Shown here: positions 44,478 through 53,500 of the stretch, piece by piece
How the letters are laid out: each line of letters opens with the position of its first letter
Numbering within the stretch: the first letter of the stretch is position 1
NCBI GenBank assembly: GCA_018221285.1
Contig: JAAOYJ010000024.1
Location: forward strand, 13,156 to 77,155
Reading direction: 5' to 3'
Length of the DNA: 64,000 nt
Source of the DNA: Candidatus Pacearchaeota archaeon
GTDB taxonomy: Archaea > Nanobdellota > Nanobdellia > Pacearchaeales > GW2011-AR1
The notes under the pieces: generated by a model
The model's database searches: none
Seen by the model: only the letters and a program-made list of their open reading frames with translations
Told to the model about the DNA's origin: nothing
Program-made: the position numbers and the translations under genes

Positions 44478-45562
44478 CAATCCTAACAAAGTACGAACTT
44501 GAAGAAGTCATTGAGGAGATTGAGACATATAAAGGGAGGCAGACAGAGTTGGTTAGTGTTTATGTGCCTGCAGGTTATGATGTGAATGCTGTGCAGAGGC
44601 AGCTTGAGGCAGAGAAGGGGACTGCGAAGAATATTAAGTCGACGTCTACTCGGAAAAATGTTTCAGAGGCGCTTGAGAAGATTGTTCGTTTTTTGAAGAC
44701 ATTGAAGAAGACGCCTGAGAATGGGTTAGCGATTTTTGCAGGAAATGTTGAAAGTTCAGAAGAGGGAGGGGGCATGCGGATATGGGAAATTGAGCCACCT
44801 ATGCCTTTGAAAGTTAGATTGTATAGGTGTGATAAAGAGTTTGTTCTGGAGACTTTGAAAGAGCAGCTTGAGGTTGATGAGATTTTTGCTTTGATTGTAA
44901 TGGATAGGAAGGAAGCTACGTTGGGAATTTTAGAGGGGAAGAGAATTGAGTTAATTAGGAATATGACTTCTGGGATTCCGTCGAAGGTTCGGGCTGGAGG
45001 GCAGTCGAGTCAGAGGTTTCATAGAATTACAGAAGGTTTGACAAGGGATTTTTATAAGAGGATTGCAGAGGAGGTTAAGAAGACTTTTTTTGATAATCCA
45101 AAGTTAAAGGGTATTCTTGTTGGAGGACCGATTCCGACAAAGGATGAATTCCTTGAGGGAGAATATATGGTTACAAAGTTAAGGGAGAAGGTTATTGGAA
45201 GAGTTGATTTGGGGGATAGTTCTGAATCTGGTTTGAAGGAGCTTGTTGAAAAGTCACAGGATATTCTCGCGAGCCAGGAGATTATCAAGGAGAAGCAATT
45301 ATTGGAAATGTTTTTTGAAACATTGGGGGAGAAGCCTGATTTGGCAAAGTATAAAGAGAAAGATATCAAGAAAGCATTGGAATTTGGGGCTGTTGATGTT
45401 TTAATTTTGTCAAAGGATTTTGATAAGAAGTTAGCAAAGGAGTTCAAGATGAAGGCACTTAGCATTGGCTCAACAGTTGAGATTGTTTCAACAGAGACAG
45501 AAGAAGGGAAGCAATTTTTTAATCTTTCTGGAGCAGGAGCTCTGCTCCGATTTAAAATTTAA
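44474..45562 (+). CDS. prf1: peptide chain release factor aRF1
   Basis: NIKS motif (AKNIKSTSTRKN) and GGQ motif (RAGGQSSQRF). ATGA overlap with valS. Confidence 0.9.
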   Translation: MTILTKYELEEVIEEIETYKGRQTELVSVYVPAGYDVNAVQRQLEAEKGTAKNIKSTSTRKNVSEALEKIVRFLKTLKKTPENGLAIFAGNVESSEEGGGMRIWEIEPPMPLKVRLYRCDKEFVLETLKEQLEVDEIFALIVMDRKEATLGILEGKRIELIRNMTSGIPSKVRAGGQSSQRFHRITEGLTRDFYKRIAEEVKKTFFDNPKLKGILVGGPIPTKDEFLEGEYMVTKLREKVIGRVDLGDSSESGLKELVEKSQDILASQEIIKEKQLLEMFFETLGEKPDLAKYKEKDIKKALEFGAVDVLILSKDFDKKLAKEFKMKALSIGSTVEIVSTETEEGKQFFNLSGAGALLRFKI

Positions 45563-45610
45563 ATTAAAAAATTTCATTCGTCAAAATCCACACAGTGATT
45601 TTACCGAGAC

Positions 45611-45661
45611 CAGTTTAATAATTTGTCAGGGGCTGGTGCGTTGTTGAGGTTTGTTGTTTAG
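45611..45661 (+). pseudogene. ghost copy of the aRF1 C-terminal 16 codons
   Basis: In the same frame as prf1: QFNNLSGAGALLRFVV-stop, versus the functional end QFFNLSGAGALLRFKI-stop. Most identically encoded residues use different codons. Confidence 0.55.
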
Positions 45662-45700
45662 GATATAAATTTTTATAAAGTGTTAAGAGATTAGGAACTT

Positions 45701-45973
45701 ATGTGGTATAAACACTTTAAAGCATTTATGGTAATGTTCGCAGGAGGATTAGCATGTGCCTCTGTTCTTTTAGGGGATAGGGCAACAACCCAATTTGAGA
45801 ATTCTTTGGAAGCAAATAGTAGTATTTCTCTTCAGAGCGTTGATAAGTGGGACTTAGTTGAAGATTTTCTTCCTTCTGGAGGAGATGGGGTTTTTGATTA
45901 TAAAGTAACAGTTAGGGAAAGTGGTGGAACTACTTATCAAACAAATGTTGCAGGTTATAATCTTGGTAGATAA
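45701..45973 (+). CDS. hypothetical secreted/anchored protein (90 aa)
   Basis: ORF track; N-terminal hydrophobic segment. Confidence 0.4.
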   Translation: MWYKHFKAFMVMFAGGLACASVLLGDRATTQFENSLEANSSISLQSVDKWDLVEDFLPSGGDGVFDYKVTVRESGGTTYQTNVAGYNLGR

Positions 45974-45975
45974 GT

Positions 45976-46173
45976 TTAAGCCATAGCCATATATTCTTTA
46001 TTCTCTAGAAATTGATTGGTTCTTCTTAATATTGAATCAATGCGATGCCCATTATAATCATTTCTTCCGAGGGGTCGCTCCTTCTTTGTTGGAGGTTTTC
46101 GCATTTCTAATTTAAGAGGTTTAGAAATGTTTCCACTTATATCTGCTAATCTTTCTAATTTTTCCTTTACCAT
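45976..46173 (-). CDS. hypothetical protein (65 aa)
   Basis: ORF track; basic, no motif. Confidence 0.3.
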   Translation of the reverse strand: MVKEKLERLADISGNISKPLKLEMRKPPTKKERPLGRNDYNGHRIDSILRRTNQFLENKEYMAMA

Positions 46174-46218
46174 GGTATATCTAACTATCCAGAGAATTTA
46201 AATTTTATTGTGATGTAT

Positions 46219-46288
46219 TGGCTCACTTTGTTCGCTTATTTAAGAAGTAGTTAATGAATTAGCTTCGCATAATATGTTGGGCAACTAT
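46219..46288 (+). repeat. mosaic intergenic repeat, copy H
   Basis: TGGCTCACTTTGTTCGCTTA + TTTAAGAAGTAGTTAATGAATTAGCTTCGCATAATATGTTGGGCAACTA. Confidence 0.85.
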
Positions 46289-46352
46289 TGGAAGAATTGA
46301 GAGATAGTATATATTCGATAATCTAAATCTTTTTATATGCTTGAGATATTTT

Positions 46353-46637
46353 ATGATGGAGATAGATGCATTACTTTCTCTTGGTAAAGGAAGATTAGAA
46401 GATTTAAGAGAAGAACGTCCAGAAACTCCTTGTCGAATTTTTTATATTGAAAATTCAATTGGTTTGGTCCATGTTGGAATTTATGAAGGAATTGAAGGAG
46501 AAAATATAAAGATGAGCAATACTAAAAGTGTAGATCATGAAATTGGAAGATTAGCTAAAAATTATCAAGAATGGCTAATTCCTACAAATTCTTTTGTTGA
46601 TTATGAGATTTGGCCAGAGAAGAATGTTGGGAGATAA
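46353..46637 (+). CDS. hypothetical protein (94 aa)
   Basis: ORF track; ATG 46353 preferred over TTG 46341. Confidence 0.4.
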   Translation: MMEIDALLSLGKGRLEDLREERPETPCRIFYIENSIGLVHVGIYEGIEGENIKMSNTKSVDHEIGRLAKNYQEWLIPTNSFVDYEIWPEKNVGR

Positions 46638-46680
46638 CCAAATTCTAAAATCTTATAAACAATATCTTATTCTCTAATTC

Positions 46681-47223
46681 ATGGTGATTAAAAGTGAAAC
46701 CATTGATGAGATTGATAGTGCGAAAGAGAAAAAGGATTTGAAGATTCTTGAGGCTGTGTTTTTTGTGTCTGGAAGGTTTTTGACAATGCAAGATTTGATT
46801 TCGCTTTCTGATTTGAATCCTGTGATTATTAAAGATTTGATTGAGAAGCTTAAAGAGAAATATGATAAGAGTGATTCTGCCATTGAGATTATTGAAAAAG
46901 GTGGTTCGTGGAAGATGGATGTTCGTGGAGAGTATTCTTATATAATTAATAAGTTGGCGACAGGAAGTGCAGAGTTTTCCAAGGCAGAGCAGGAGACTCT
47001 TGCGATTATTGCGTTTAAGCAGCCGATTAAGCAATCTGTTTTGATTAAGATTCGGGGGAACAAGGCCTATGATCATGTGAAGAAGTTTGCTGATCTTGGG
47101 TTGATTCGGAAGAAGAAAGTTGGAAGGACTAATGAGTTGAATCTTAGTGAAGAGTTTTATGATTACTTTAATATAACTGAGGGAGAGGGGAATCCTTTGA
47201 AGCAGGTTGAGGAGGATGAATGA
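46681..47223 (+). CDS. scpB: segregation and condensation protein B (ScpB)
   Basis: LEAVFFVSGRFLTMQDL and a second wH region ETLAIIAFKQPIKQSVLIKIRG. Confidence 0.8.
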   Translation: MVIKSETIDEIDSAKEKKDLKILEAVFFVSGRFLTMQDLISLSDLNPVIIKDLIEKLKEKYDKSDSAIEIIEKGGSWKMDVRGEYSYIINKLATGSAEFSKAEQETLAIIAFKQPIKQSVLIKIRGNKAYDHVKKFADLGLIRKKKVGRTNELNLSEEFYDYFNITEGEGNPLKQVEEDE

Positions 47224-47246
47224 ATGATGAACCAAATTAAAATTTG

Positions 47247-47276
47247 GACGCTCGTCGACGCAGTCACTTCGCATAA
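47247..47276 (+). repeat. mosaic repeat fragment, copy I
   Basis: GGACGCTCGTCGACGCAGTCACTTCGCATAAAG parallels the GGCTTCGC-hairpin-GCTTCGC module. The palindrome is CGTCGACG. Confidence 0.35.
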
Positions 47277-47291
47277 AGGGGGGAAGATTAA

Positions 47292-48527
47292 ATGGAGATT
47301 ATAACAATTGTTTATCTAACTTTAATGTTCATAGCTCTTTATATGTTCTCTTTTTTCGTAATAATAACCTTAAGGAATAAAGAAAGGTTGTTCGAATTTC
47401 CACATCCAAAGAAAATTTATTCACTAAGTATAGTAGTTCCTTGCTATAATGAAGAGGGAAGCATTGAAAAAAATATTAAATCGTTGCTTAATTCGGATTA
47501 TCCTGGCTTAGAGAAGATTATCGTTGTTGATGATTGTAGTAAAGATAATTCTTTTGAGATAATCAAAAAACTTGCTCAAAAATATCCAAAAGTTATGGCT
47601 GTGAGAACACCAAAAAATACTGGCAATGCAGCAGGATCCAAAAACTATGGCACAAAATTTGTAGAAACAGAGTTAATTGGTTTTAGTGATGCAGATACTC
47701 ATTCTAACAAAGATGCAATTAGTAAAATGGTTGGTTTTTTCAATGATCCCAAAATGTCTGCTGTAACATCCTTTGTCCGTGTTAGGAACAGAGACCAAAA
47801 CTTTTTTACGAAAGTCCAATCTTTGGAATATATGATTATGGGGTGGTCTAGAAAACTTTTGGATTTTGTAGATAGTGTTTATGTTACTAATGGGCCATTG
47901 AGTATATACTTAACAAAATATTTTAGAGAAGTTGGAGGATTTGATGAAACGAGCATTACCGAAGACATAGAAATTACTTGGAATATGCTTAATCATGGTT
48001 ACAAAACCGCCATGTCTCTTGATGCAAGAGTATCTACCATCACTCCCCACAAACGTGGAGAATGGTTTAGGCAAAGAACTAGATGGGGTCTTGGAGGTTT
48101 GCAAGCAATTTCTAAATATAGAAAAATGTTTTTCAAAAAAGGAATGTTTGGAGGTTTTATTTTGCCTTTTGTTTCACTTAGCATCATAGTAAGTCTCATT
48201 ACATTTTCATTTTCAAGCTATCTTATTATTAGATCTCTCCTTGTAAGAGGGTTGACAGCAACTTCGTCCCTCGCTTCTAATATTTCTATTTTCCATTTCC
48301 AAAAAATAAATCTTTATCCTTCAGTAATTATTTTCTATTTGATAGTTTTAGCTTCTTTCTCTCTTGTTTATTATAACTATGTATTATACAAAACAAAATA
48401 TGAAGAAAAACTAACAATCAAAAGATTTTTTAACCTTCTTTTTTATATGATGGTATACTCTGCAATGTATCCAACAGTTTGGTTTGCTTCAATTTACAGA
48501 TTTATAAAAAAAGATCACAAATGGTAA
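47292..48527 (+). CDS. family 2 glycosyltransferase, membrane-integrated processive type
   Basis: VVPCYNEE, DDCSKD, SDADT and QRTRWGLG (Q-x-x-RW), with N- and C-terminal TM helices. Confidence 0.8.
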   Translation: MEIITIVYLTLMFIALYMFSFFVIITLRNKERLFEFPHPKKIYSLSIVVPCYNEEGSIEKNIKSLLNSDYPGLEKIIVVDDCSKDNSFEIIKKLAQKYPKVMAVRTPKNTGNAAGSKNYGTKFVETELIGFSDADTHSNKDAISKMVGFFNDPKMSAVTSFVRVRNRDQNFFTKVQSLEYMIMGWSRKLLDFVDSVYVTNGPLSIYLTKYFREVGGFDETSITEDIEITWNMLNHGYKTAMSLDARVSTITPHKRGEWFRQRTRWGLGGLQAISKYRKMFFKKGMFGGFILPFVSLSIIVSLITFSFSSYLIIRSLLVRGLTATSSLASNISIFHFQKINLYPSVIIFYLIVLASFSLVYYNYVLYKTKYEEKLTIKRFFNLLFYMMVYSAMYPTVWFASIYRFIKKDHKW

Positions 48528-48528
48528 A

Positions 48529-49182
48529 ATGTTAGGAAATAAACACGCTTTTTGGCAAGCACTTGTAATTGCATTAATCCTATTTTGGTCTGGAATATTG
48601 ATAGGAGTTTTTTTTGAGAATTCCCGTACTGGAGAGTTAAAAAATTTTTATTTTGATTCTGAAACAGATCTTTTTGATTTTGAATTATCTTCGGAGATTG
48701 TTTATGAATCTAATCTTGATTGTGATCTAATTGTAGAAAAAAACATATTCTTTGCGGATAAAATATATCTTGAAGCGATTAAGATGGAAAAATATGATAA
48801 TTCTAATAAAATAACAGAGGAATTGTTATCTCTTCATCGAAGATATGATTTTCTAAGAACGCTTTTGTGGAAAGATATAATTGAAAACAAAGAAAAATGT
48901 GTTGGAGAGGTGAATACAGTAATTTATTTATATCAATATAAAAATCCCACAATAACGCAAAAAACAATCCAGGGAACAATGAGTAATTTTTTGATAGATT
49001 TGAAAGAAGAGCATAATGAAAATATAATCTTGATCCCAATAGCAGTAGATACAAACATAGAATCATTAGAAATCTTAAGGGAATTATATGGTCTAGAAAA
49101 TTTTCCAGCCATTTTTGTGAACGAAAAACATAAGTTTGAGACACTAGATTCTCTTGGAGATCTAGAGAGATATTTGGATTGA
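48529..49182 (+). CDS. N-terminally anchored hypothetical protein (217 aa)
   Basis: Starts 1 nt after the GT2 stop; one TM helix. Confidence 0.45.
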   Translation: MLGNKHAFWQALVIALILFWSGILIGVFFENSRTGELKNFYFDSETDLFDFELSSEIVYESNLDCDLIVEKNIFFADKIYLEAIKMEKYDNSNKITEELLSLHRRYDFLRTLLWKDIIENKEKCVGEVNTVIYLYQYKNPTITQKTIQGTMSNFLIDLKEEHNENIILIPIAVDTNIESLEILRELYGLENFPAIFVNEKHKFETLDSLGDLERYLD

Positions 49183-49231
49183 TGTTTTCTATCACAATAA
49201 TCTTAAAAAAGAGGAGATTGTTCTGATTTTT

Positions 49232-50185
49232 ATGGAATGTTTTAAGTGTGAGCTTCCGGGTACAAGAGTCCTTTTGTTTGATGCAATTTCTGATAAAGGG
49301 ATTGTGAAGATTTGTGAGAAGTGTTCTGAAGAAGAGGATATTCCTGTGATAAGGGCGCCAGGGTATAAGAAAGAGCAGAAGATCGATTTGTCGAAGTTGA
49401 GGAAGCCAGCGAAGAAGAGGTCTGTAGTTTATGAGAGGCTTTCGAGAATGTCTGGGATTGATATTAAGGAAGAACCAGTGAACGAGATTCTTGCTAAACA
49501 AGATGTTTCTTTGAAGGATATTGTTGAGCAGAATCTTAAAGAGAGAATAAAGAAAGAGCCTATGCCTAAACCTCATCTTGTTGATAATTTTCATTGGATT
49601 CTTATGAGATCGAGGAGAATGAGGAAGATGACTGCAGAACAGCTTGCAATGGAGATTGAAGAGCCAGAGCTTGCAGTTAAGATGGCTGAGAAAGGAGTTC
49701 TTCCAGAAGATGATCGGAAACTTATAGATAAACTTGAGATTAAGTTGAGGGTTAAATTGGTTAAGGATGAGTTTAGGATAGTGGAGAAGCCAGTTGAGAG
49801 ATTGGTTCAGGGTGTTGATTTTGAATTGGAAGAAAAAAGGGATTCTATTTCTTCAGAGATTGATTTTAAATCTGATAGGACAAAGAGGGTAACTATTTCT
49901 GATTTGAAGACTATGAGAAGAGATCGGGAAGAAATGTTATTTGAGGATGAACCAATGAATTTCAGGGAAGAGATTGTTTTTAATGAAGATGCCACAGAGG
50001 AGATGCCTGAGTTTGTGGTAAGGCAAAGTGGAACAGGGCCCGAGATGGATATGGCACCCAACCAAGTAGGTCATGGAGAGGGTATACCTTCTGACGAGGG
50101 CAAAGAGAAACCAAAGAAAGATTATTCGGGAAGACAAGATTTAACAGATAAAGAGATTGATGATATTCTTTTTGGTAGGGGATGA
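49232..50185 (+). CDS. MBF1-like zinc-ribbon + HTH protein with a long acidic C-terminal extension
   Basis: CFKCE...CEKC ribbon, then XRE-type HTH ILMRSRRMRKMTAEQLAMEIEEPELAVKMAEKGVLPEDDRKLIDKLEIKLRVKL, as in archaeal MBF1. Confidence 0.5.
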   Translation: MECFKCELPGTRVLLFDAISDKGIVKICEKCSEEEDIPVIRAPGYKKEQKIDLSKLRKPAKKRSVVYERLSRMSGIDIKEEPVNEILAKQDVSLKDIVEQNLKERIKKEPMPKPHLVDNFHWILMRSRRMRKMTAEQLAMEIEEPELAVKMAEKGVLPEDDRKLIDKLEIKLRVKLVKDEFRIVEKPVERLVQGVDFELEEKRDSISSEIDFKSDRTKRVTISDLKTMRRDREEMLFEDEPMNFREEIVFNEDATEEMPEFVVRQSGTGPEMDMAPNQVGHGEGIPSDEGKEKPKKDYSGRQDLTDKEIDDILFGRG

Positions 50186-50400
50186 AGATGGCTCCCTGGA
50201 TTATATTCGATGAATCTGATTATGTTGAGAGAGTTGTATATGAAGAACCAGTAGAAAAAGATTTAAGACGTAATGAAAATGTGCTTGGAGTTATGAAGAT
50301 TAGTGGTCAGCAAGCAGGAGAAATTGAGGAAGCATTATCTTTGAATCAAGCAGTTCCAAAATATCTGGTGGAGAGATATTCTAAGTTAGAGAATATATGA
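50182..50400 (+). CDS. hypothetical protein (72 aa)
   Basis: ATGA overlap with the upstream gene. Confidence 0.4.
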   Translation: MKMAPWIIFDESDYVERVVYEEPVEKDLRRNENVLGVMKISGQQAGEIEEALSLNQAVPKYLVERYSKLENI

Positions 50401-50443
50401 TTGTTAATGGAATGGCTTCGCATTATATGTTGAGTAACTAAAG
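50401..50443 (+). repeat. mosaic intergenic repeat, copy J (core only)
   Basis: TTGTTAATGGAATGGCTTCGCATTATATGTTGAGTAACTAAAG begins immediately after the upstream stop codon. Confidence 0.8.
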
Positions 50444-50482
50444 TATAATAATGTTTAAATATGGAAAATATAGAAGATAAAT

Positions 50483-50887
50483 ATGGGAAAAGTTAATCAA
50501 GAAATATTAGATATTAGGGAAGAGTTAAAGAGTAATGGCATAATTAGTTTTCTTTATGATGGGGATTTGGAAAGACATTATCCCTCCCGCCAAATGGAAG
50601 GATGGATTGAACACGAGGGTTTTCCAAAAGAGAGAGATGATGATTGGGCAAGAAGTAAACGAATAGGAGATTTGCAATTTGCCTATAGAGATTTAGAGAA
50701 AGTTTTTGAAGAGTTAATTGTATTTTATAAGCAAAGGGGATTTAAGTTAGGTGATTGGAATAAAGAATCTAAGATTATACTCTTCAATAAGAATGGTGGA
50801 GAAAGGGCAATTAACTATAGCCCTTTCAAACCTGATTTTCTCATAGCATCTTTTTATGGAGATGGGCATCATTTTCGATTAGAATAA
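50483..50887 (+). CDS. hypothetical protein (134 aa)
   Basis: ORF track; no motif. Confidence 0.4.
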   Translation: MGKVNQEILDIREELKSNGIISFLYDGDLERHYPSRQMEGWIEHEGFPKERDDDWARSKRIGDLQFAYRDLEKVFEELIVFYKQRGFKLGDWNKESKIILFNKNGGERAINYSPFKPDFLIASFYGDGHHFRLE

Positions 50888-50925
50888 TTTGTTAATAGTT
50901 ATATCAATCTCGCGACAGCGAGCTA
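50888..50925 (+). repeat. mosaic repeat fragment, copy N
   Basis: TTTGTTAATAGTT tail motif followed by the CTCGC-GACA-GCGAG hairpin. Confidence 0.45.
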
Positions 50926-50969
50926 ATCTTCAACCAAACTTTTATAAACCAATTTCAATCCTTCTTAAT

Positions 50970-51233
50970 ATGGATTTAAAGATTCTTAATAGCTCAAAGG
51001 ATGAAATTGAAGTTGAATTGGGTAGTTTGACGATTGCAGAGATTTTGAGAGTTTATCTTAATAAGGATTCTGATGTGATTTTTGCAGCTTGGAAAAGAGA
51101 GCACCCGACTCAGAAACCGATTCTAAAGGTTAAGACCAAGGGAAAGACTGCAAAGAAAGCGATTAATGACGCTGTTAGTTCTATAACAAAGGATTTAGAT
51201 AAGTTTGAAAAAGATTTTATTGGGATGAAGTGA
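50970..51233 (+). CDS. rpoL: DNA-directed RNA polymerase subunit L (Rpo11)
   Basis: LTIAEILRVYLNKDSDVIFAAWKREHPTQKPILKVKTKGKTAKKAINDA matches the RpoL pattern ...V-x-F-A-A-Y-x-x-x-H-P...I-K-T. ATG 50970 preferred. Confidence 0.7.
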   Translation: MDLKILNSSKDEIEVELGSLTIAEILRVYLNKDSDVIFAAWKREHPTQKPILKVKTKGKTAKKAINDAVSSITKDLDKFEKDFIGMK

Positions 51234-51267
51234 GTGGTTGACACAGGGAATAGTTCTGATAAATAAT

Positions 51268-51639
51268 ATGAAAACAATTTTAAAAGGAAGATATAAAAAT
51301 TATAAGTCTCACCTAGATTATTTTAGAAACCAGGAAAGGTTAGTTGGCCTATCCAGATGGGAATTGGTTCAAGAAGATTCAGCACTCTATAAGGCTTTGA
51401 TAAGGTCTGGGGAATTAGAAGAAGCAATTCCAGAAATTTATCCTGGGGGAAGGGGGAGACCGCCTTTATCAGAAGATAAGCAAAAACAAATCTTAGGTCT
51501 TCATGATAAATATGAGAGAAATGCTAGTAAAGTCGCTAAACTGGTTGGATGTTCTCCACCCACTGTTATTAGATATTGGGAAGGGAAGGATTTAGAGATA
51601 AGAAGTTGTGGAAGACCTAGATTAGATAATCAATCATAA
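51268..51639 (+). CDS. HTH-containing hypothetical protein
   Basis: C-terminal ASKVAKLVGCSPPTVIRYWEG is HTH-like. ATG 51268 preferred over TTG 51238. Confidence 0.35.
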   Translation: MKTILKGRYKNYKSHLDYFRNQERLVGLSRWELVQEDSALYKALIRSGELEEAIPEIYPGGRGRPPLSEDKQKQILGLHDKYERNASKVAKLVGCSPPTVIRYWEGKDLEIRSCGRPRLDNQS

Positions 51640-51673
51640 CAATCCTTATTAATTCTGATTCTTTTTGTTTTTT

Positions 51674-52405
51674 ATGTCACGGAATAAAATATCTGCTGGG
51701 AGTTTTGATTTTAATAAATGGCTTTATGGAGGTTATGAGAAAGGTGTTATTACGATGCTTGCTGGGCCACCTGGAAGTGGGAAGACGAACTTTGTGATTC
51801 TGGCTGCGTGTAGCCAAGCTAAGAAAGGGAATAGGATTATTTTTGTTGATACAGAAGGAGGGTTTTCTGTTGAGAGAGTTAGACAGATTGTCGGAGATGA
51901 CTATAAAGAGATTTTGAAAAATATTTTGTTGTTGGAGCCGACGAGTTTTGAGGAACAGCAAAGTGTTTTTTCTAATTTGGCTGGAAAGGTTAGTAAGAAG
52001 CATGCGAGTATGATTGTTGTTGATGGGATGGCAATGCTTTATAGGTTGGAGTTGGGAGATGCTGCGAAGTCAAAGGATTCTGAAAATGTGCGAGAAGTAA
52101 ATAGAGAAATGGCAAAGCAGATGAGGGTGTTGGCAGAGATTTCGAGGAAGCAGAATATTCCAATTATTATTACTAACCAGGTTTATGGTTCGTTTGTGTC
52201 TGAGGAGGATTGGAAGAAAGGAGTTCAGAGAGAAATGAATATTGTGGGAGGAGATTTGTTGAAGTATTGGAGTAAGTGTATAATTGAATTGAAGAATAAT
52301 AATGGAAAGAGAAAGGCTGTTTTGTTGAAGCATAGAAGTCTTCCGCAGAAAGAGCTTAGCTTTGAGATTAAGGATAAAGGTGTTTACAGGAAGAGATGGA
52401 TTTGA
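51674..52405 (+). CDS. radB: DNA repair and recombination protein RadB
   Basis: Walker A AGPPGSGKTNF and Walker B MIVVDG. About 240 aa with no N-terminal HhH domain. Confidence 0.8.
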   Translation: MSRNKISAGSFDFNKWLYGGYEKGVITMLAGPPGSGKTNFVILAACSQAKKGNRIIFVDTEGGFSVERVRQIVGDDYKEILKNILLLEPTSFEEQQSVFSNLAGKVSKKHASMIVVDGMAMLYRLELGDAAKSKDSENVREVNREMAKQMRVLAEISRKQNIPIIITNQVYGSFVSEEDWKKGVQREMNIVGGDLLKYWSKCIIELKNNNGKRKAVLLKHRSLPQKELSFEIKDKGVYRKRWI

Positions 52406-52416
52406 GTTGTTTTAGA

Positions 52417-53172
52417 TTATTCAAGAGCAGGAATTCTTGCTGTCGTTTTTGGAACATTAATTATTGAGTGTTTTTTTAAACCTGTTTCAACCCTATTATC
52501 TCCAAGATAGACAAACCAGTTACTAGGTCCTGGTCCTCCGATATATGGCCCTTCTCTAGAATAATCTTTATCCCATACATGTCCTGGTTTAGCTATTAGT
52601 GGTTTTGCCTTTTCTCCAATCTTATCTAATAATTTTGTTAGTTTTGAACTTTTAAGTAACCTGTCCATTATTCTTAATCTCTTAACTGGGAAGATATCAT
52701 CATTAATCCAAATAGCTCCTTCTCCACTTGCCCAATTTCTATTTCCTCTTAAACTTAAATCTAGTACTTGATGCTTCTCAACAGGAACATGCAAATATCT
52801 ATGAGTTCTTTTAACACTAAAGATTCCTTCTCCTGAGATAACTCCTGTCTCTAACATTTCATTTACTCTTACAGTTAACATTCTTTCGTTTTGTAATTCT
52901 TTAACTTGTCCAAGAAATTCATTTACTGCAGGAACTCTTTGATAAGCTTCTTGATCAAAATGTCTAAAGCAATAATCTAAGACAAGATCAGGATGTATTT
53001 CTTCATGATCTATTTGTAATTTATTAATTTCTCTATATGAGTCATTTCTACTTGTTGTTAATTGTCTTTGATTTTTTTCCAATTCTTTTATTTGAGCTTT
53101 TACATTATCTAAACTTGTTGATTTTTCTTTAAAGTTTATTACTGCTTTTTCTATTTCTGATTTAGATGTCAT
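52417..53172 (-). CDS. hypothetical protein (251 aa), N-terminal coiled coil
   Basis: ORF track; no motif. Confidence 0.45.
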   Translation of the reverse strand: MTSKSEIEKAVINFKEKSTSLDNVKAQIKELEKNQRQLTTSRNDSYREINKLQIDHEEIHPDLVLDYCFRHFDQEAYQRVPAVNEFLGQVKELQNERMLTVRVNEMLETGVISGEGIFSVKRTHRYLHVPVEKHQVLDLSLRGNRNWASGEGAIWINDDIFPVKRLRIMDRLLKSSKLTKLLDKIGEKAKPLIAKPGHVWDKDYSREGPYIGGPGPSNWFVYLGDNRVETGLKKHSIINVPKTTARIPALE

Positions 53173-53275
53173 TTATTTTTATAGGAATTATTTCTTTTTA
53201 ATAATTATTGTACTTAACCAACACATTTATTAATCATATTTACCACTTAATTTTAATTAAAAGAGGTTAAATGAA

Positions 53276-53497
53276 ATGTGTAATTGCAAAGGTACTGAGG
53301 TTGTTATTGGTTTAGTGATTTTAGTGTTTGCTTTATGGCCGACTCTATTAAGTGCGATGGCTGTGAAGTGGATATCTATTGTTGCTGCGGTGATTTTGAT
53401 TCTTCATGGACTTAAGTGTCCGAACATGTCAGAATGCGCTCCGATGGCAAAGAAACCTATGAGAAAGAAAGCAGCTAAAAAGAAAAAGAAGAGATAA
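53276..53497 (+). CDS. small membrane protein with a lysine-rich tail (73 aa)
   Basis: Two TM helices, then KKPMRKKAAKKKKKR. Confidence 0.4.
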   Translation: MCNCKGTEVVIGLVILVFALWPTLLSAMAVKWISIVAAVILILHGLKCPNMSECAPMAKKPMRKKAAKKKKKR

Positions 53498-53500
53498 TTT

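Noticed and set aside
45560-45661. Possible stop-codon readthrough of aRF1 into the ghost C-terminus.
   Set aside because: Besides the TAA at 45560 there is a second in-frame stop (TGA at 45596). TAA, TAG and TGA all terminate clear genes elsewhere in the window.
46645-47274. 209-aa minus-strand ORF covering scpB.
   Set aside because: The + strand encodes a convincing ScpB. The minus-strand translation has no motif and is compositionally antisense-like.
48803-49594. 263-aa minus-strand ORF spanning two + strand genes.
   Set aside because: It crosses the boundary of two plausible + strand proteins, one of them MBF1-like, and is L/F/N/R-rich junk-like sequence.
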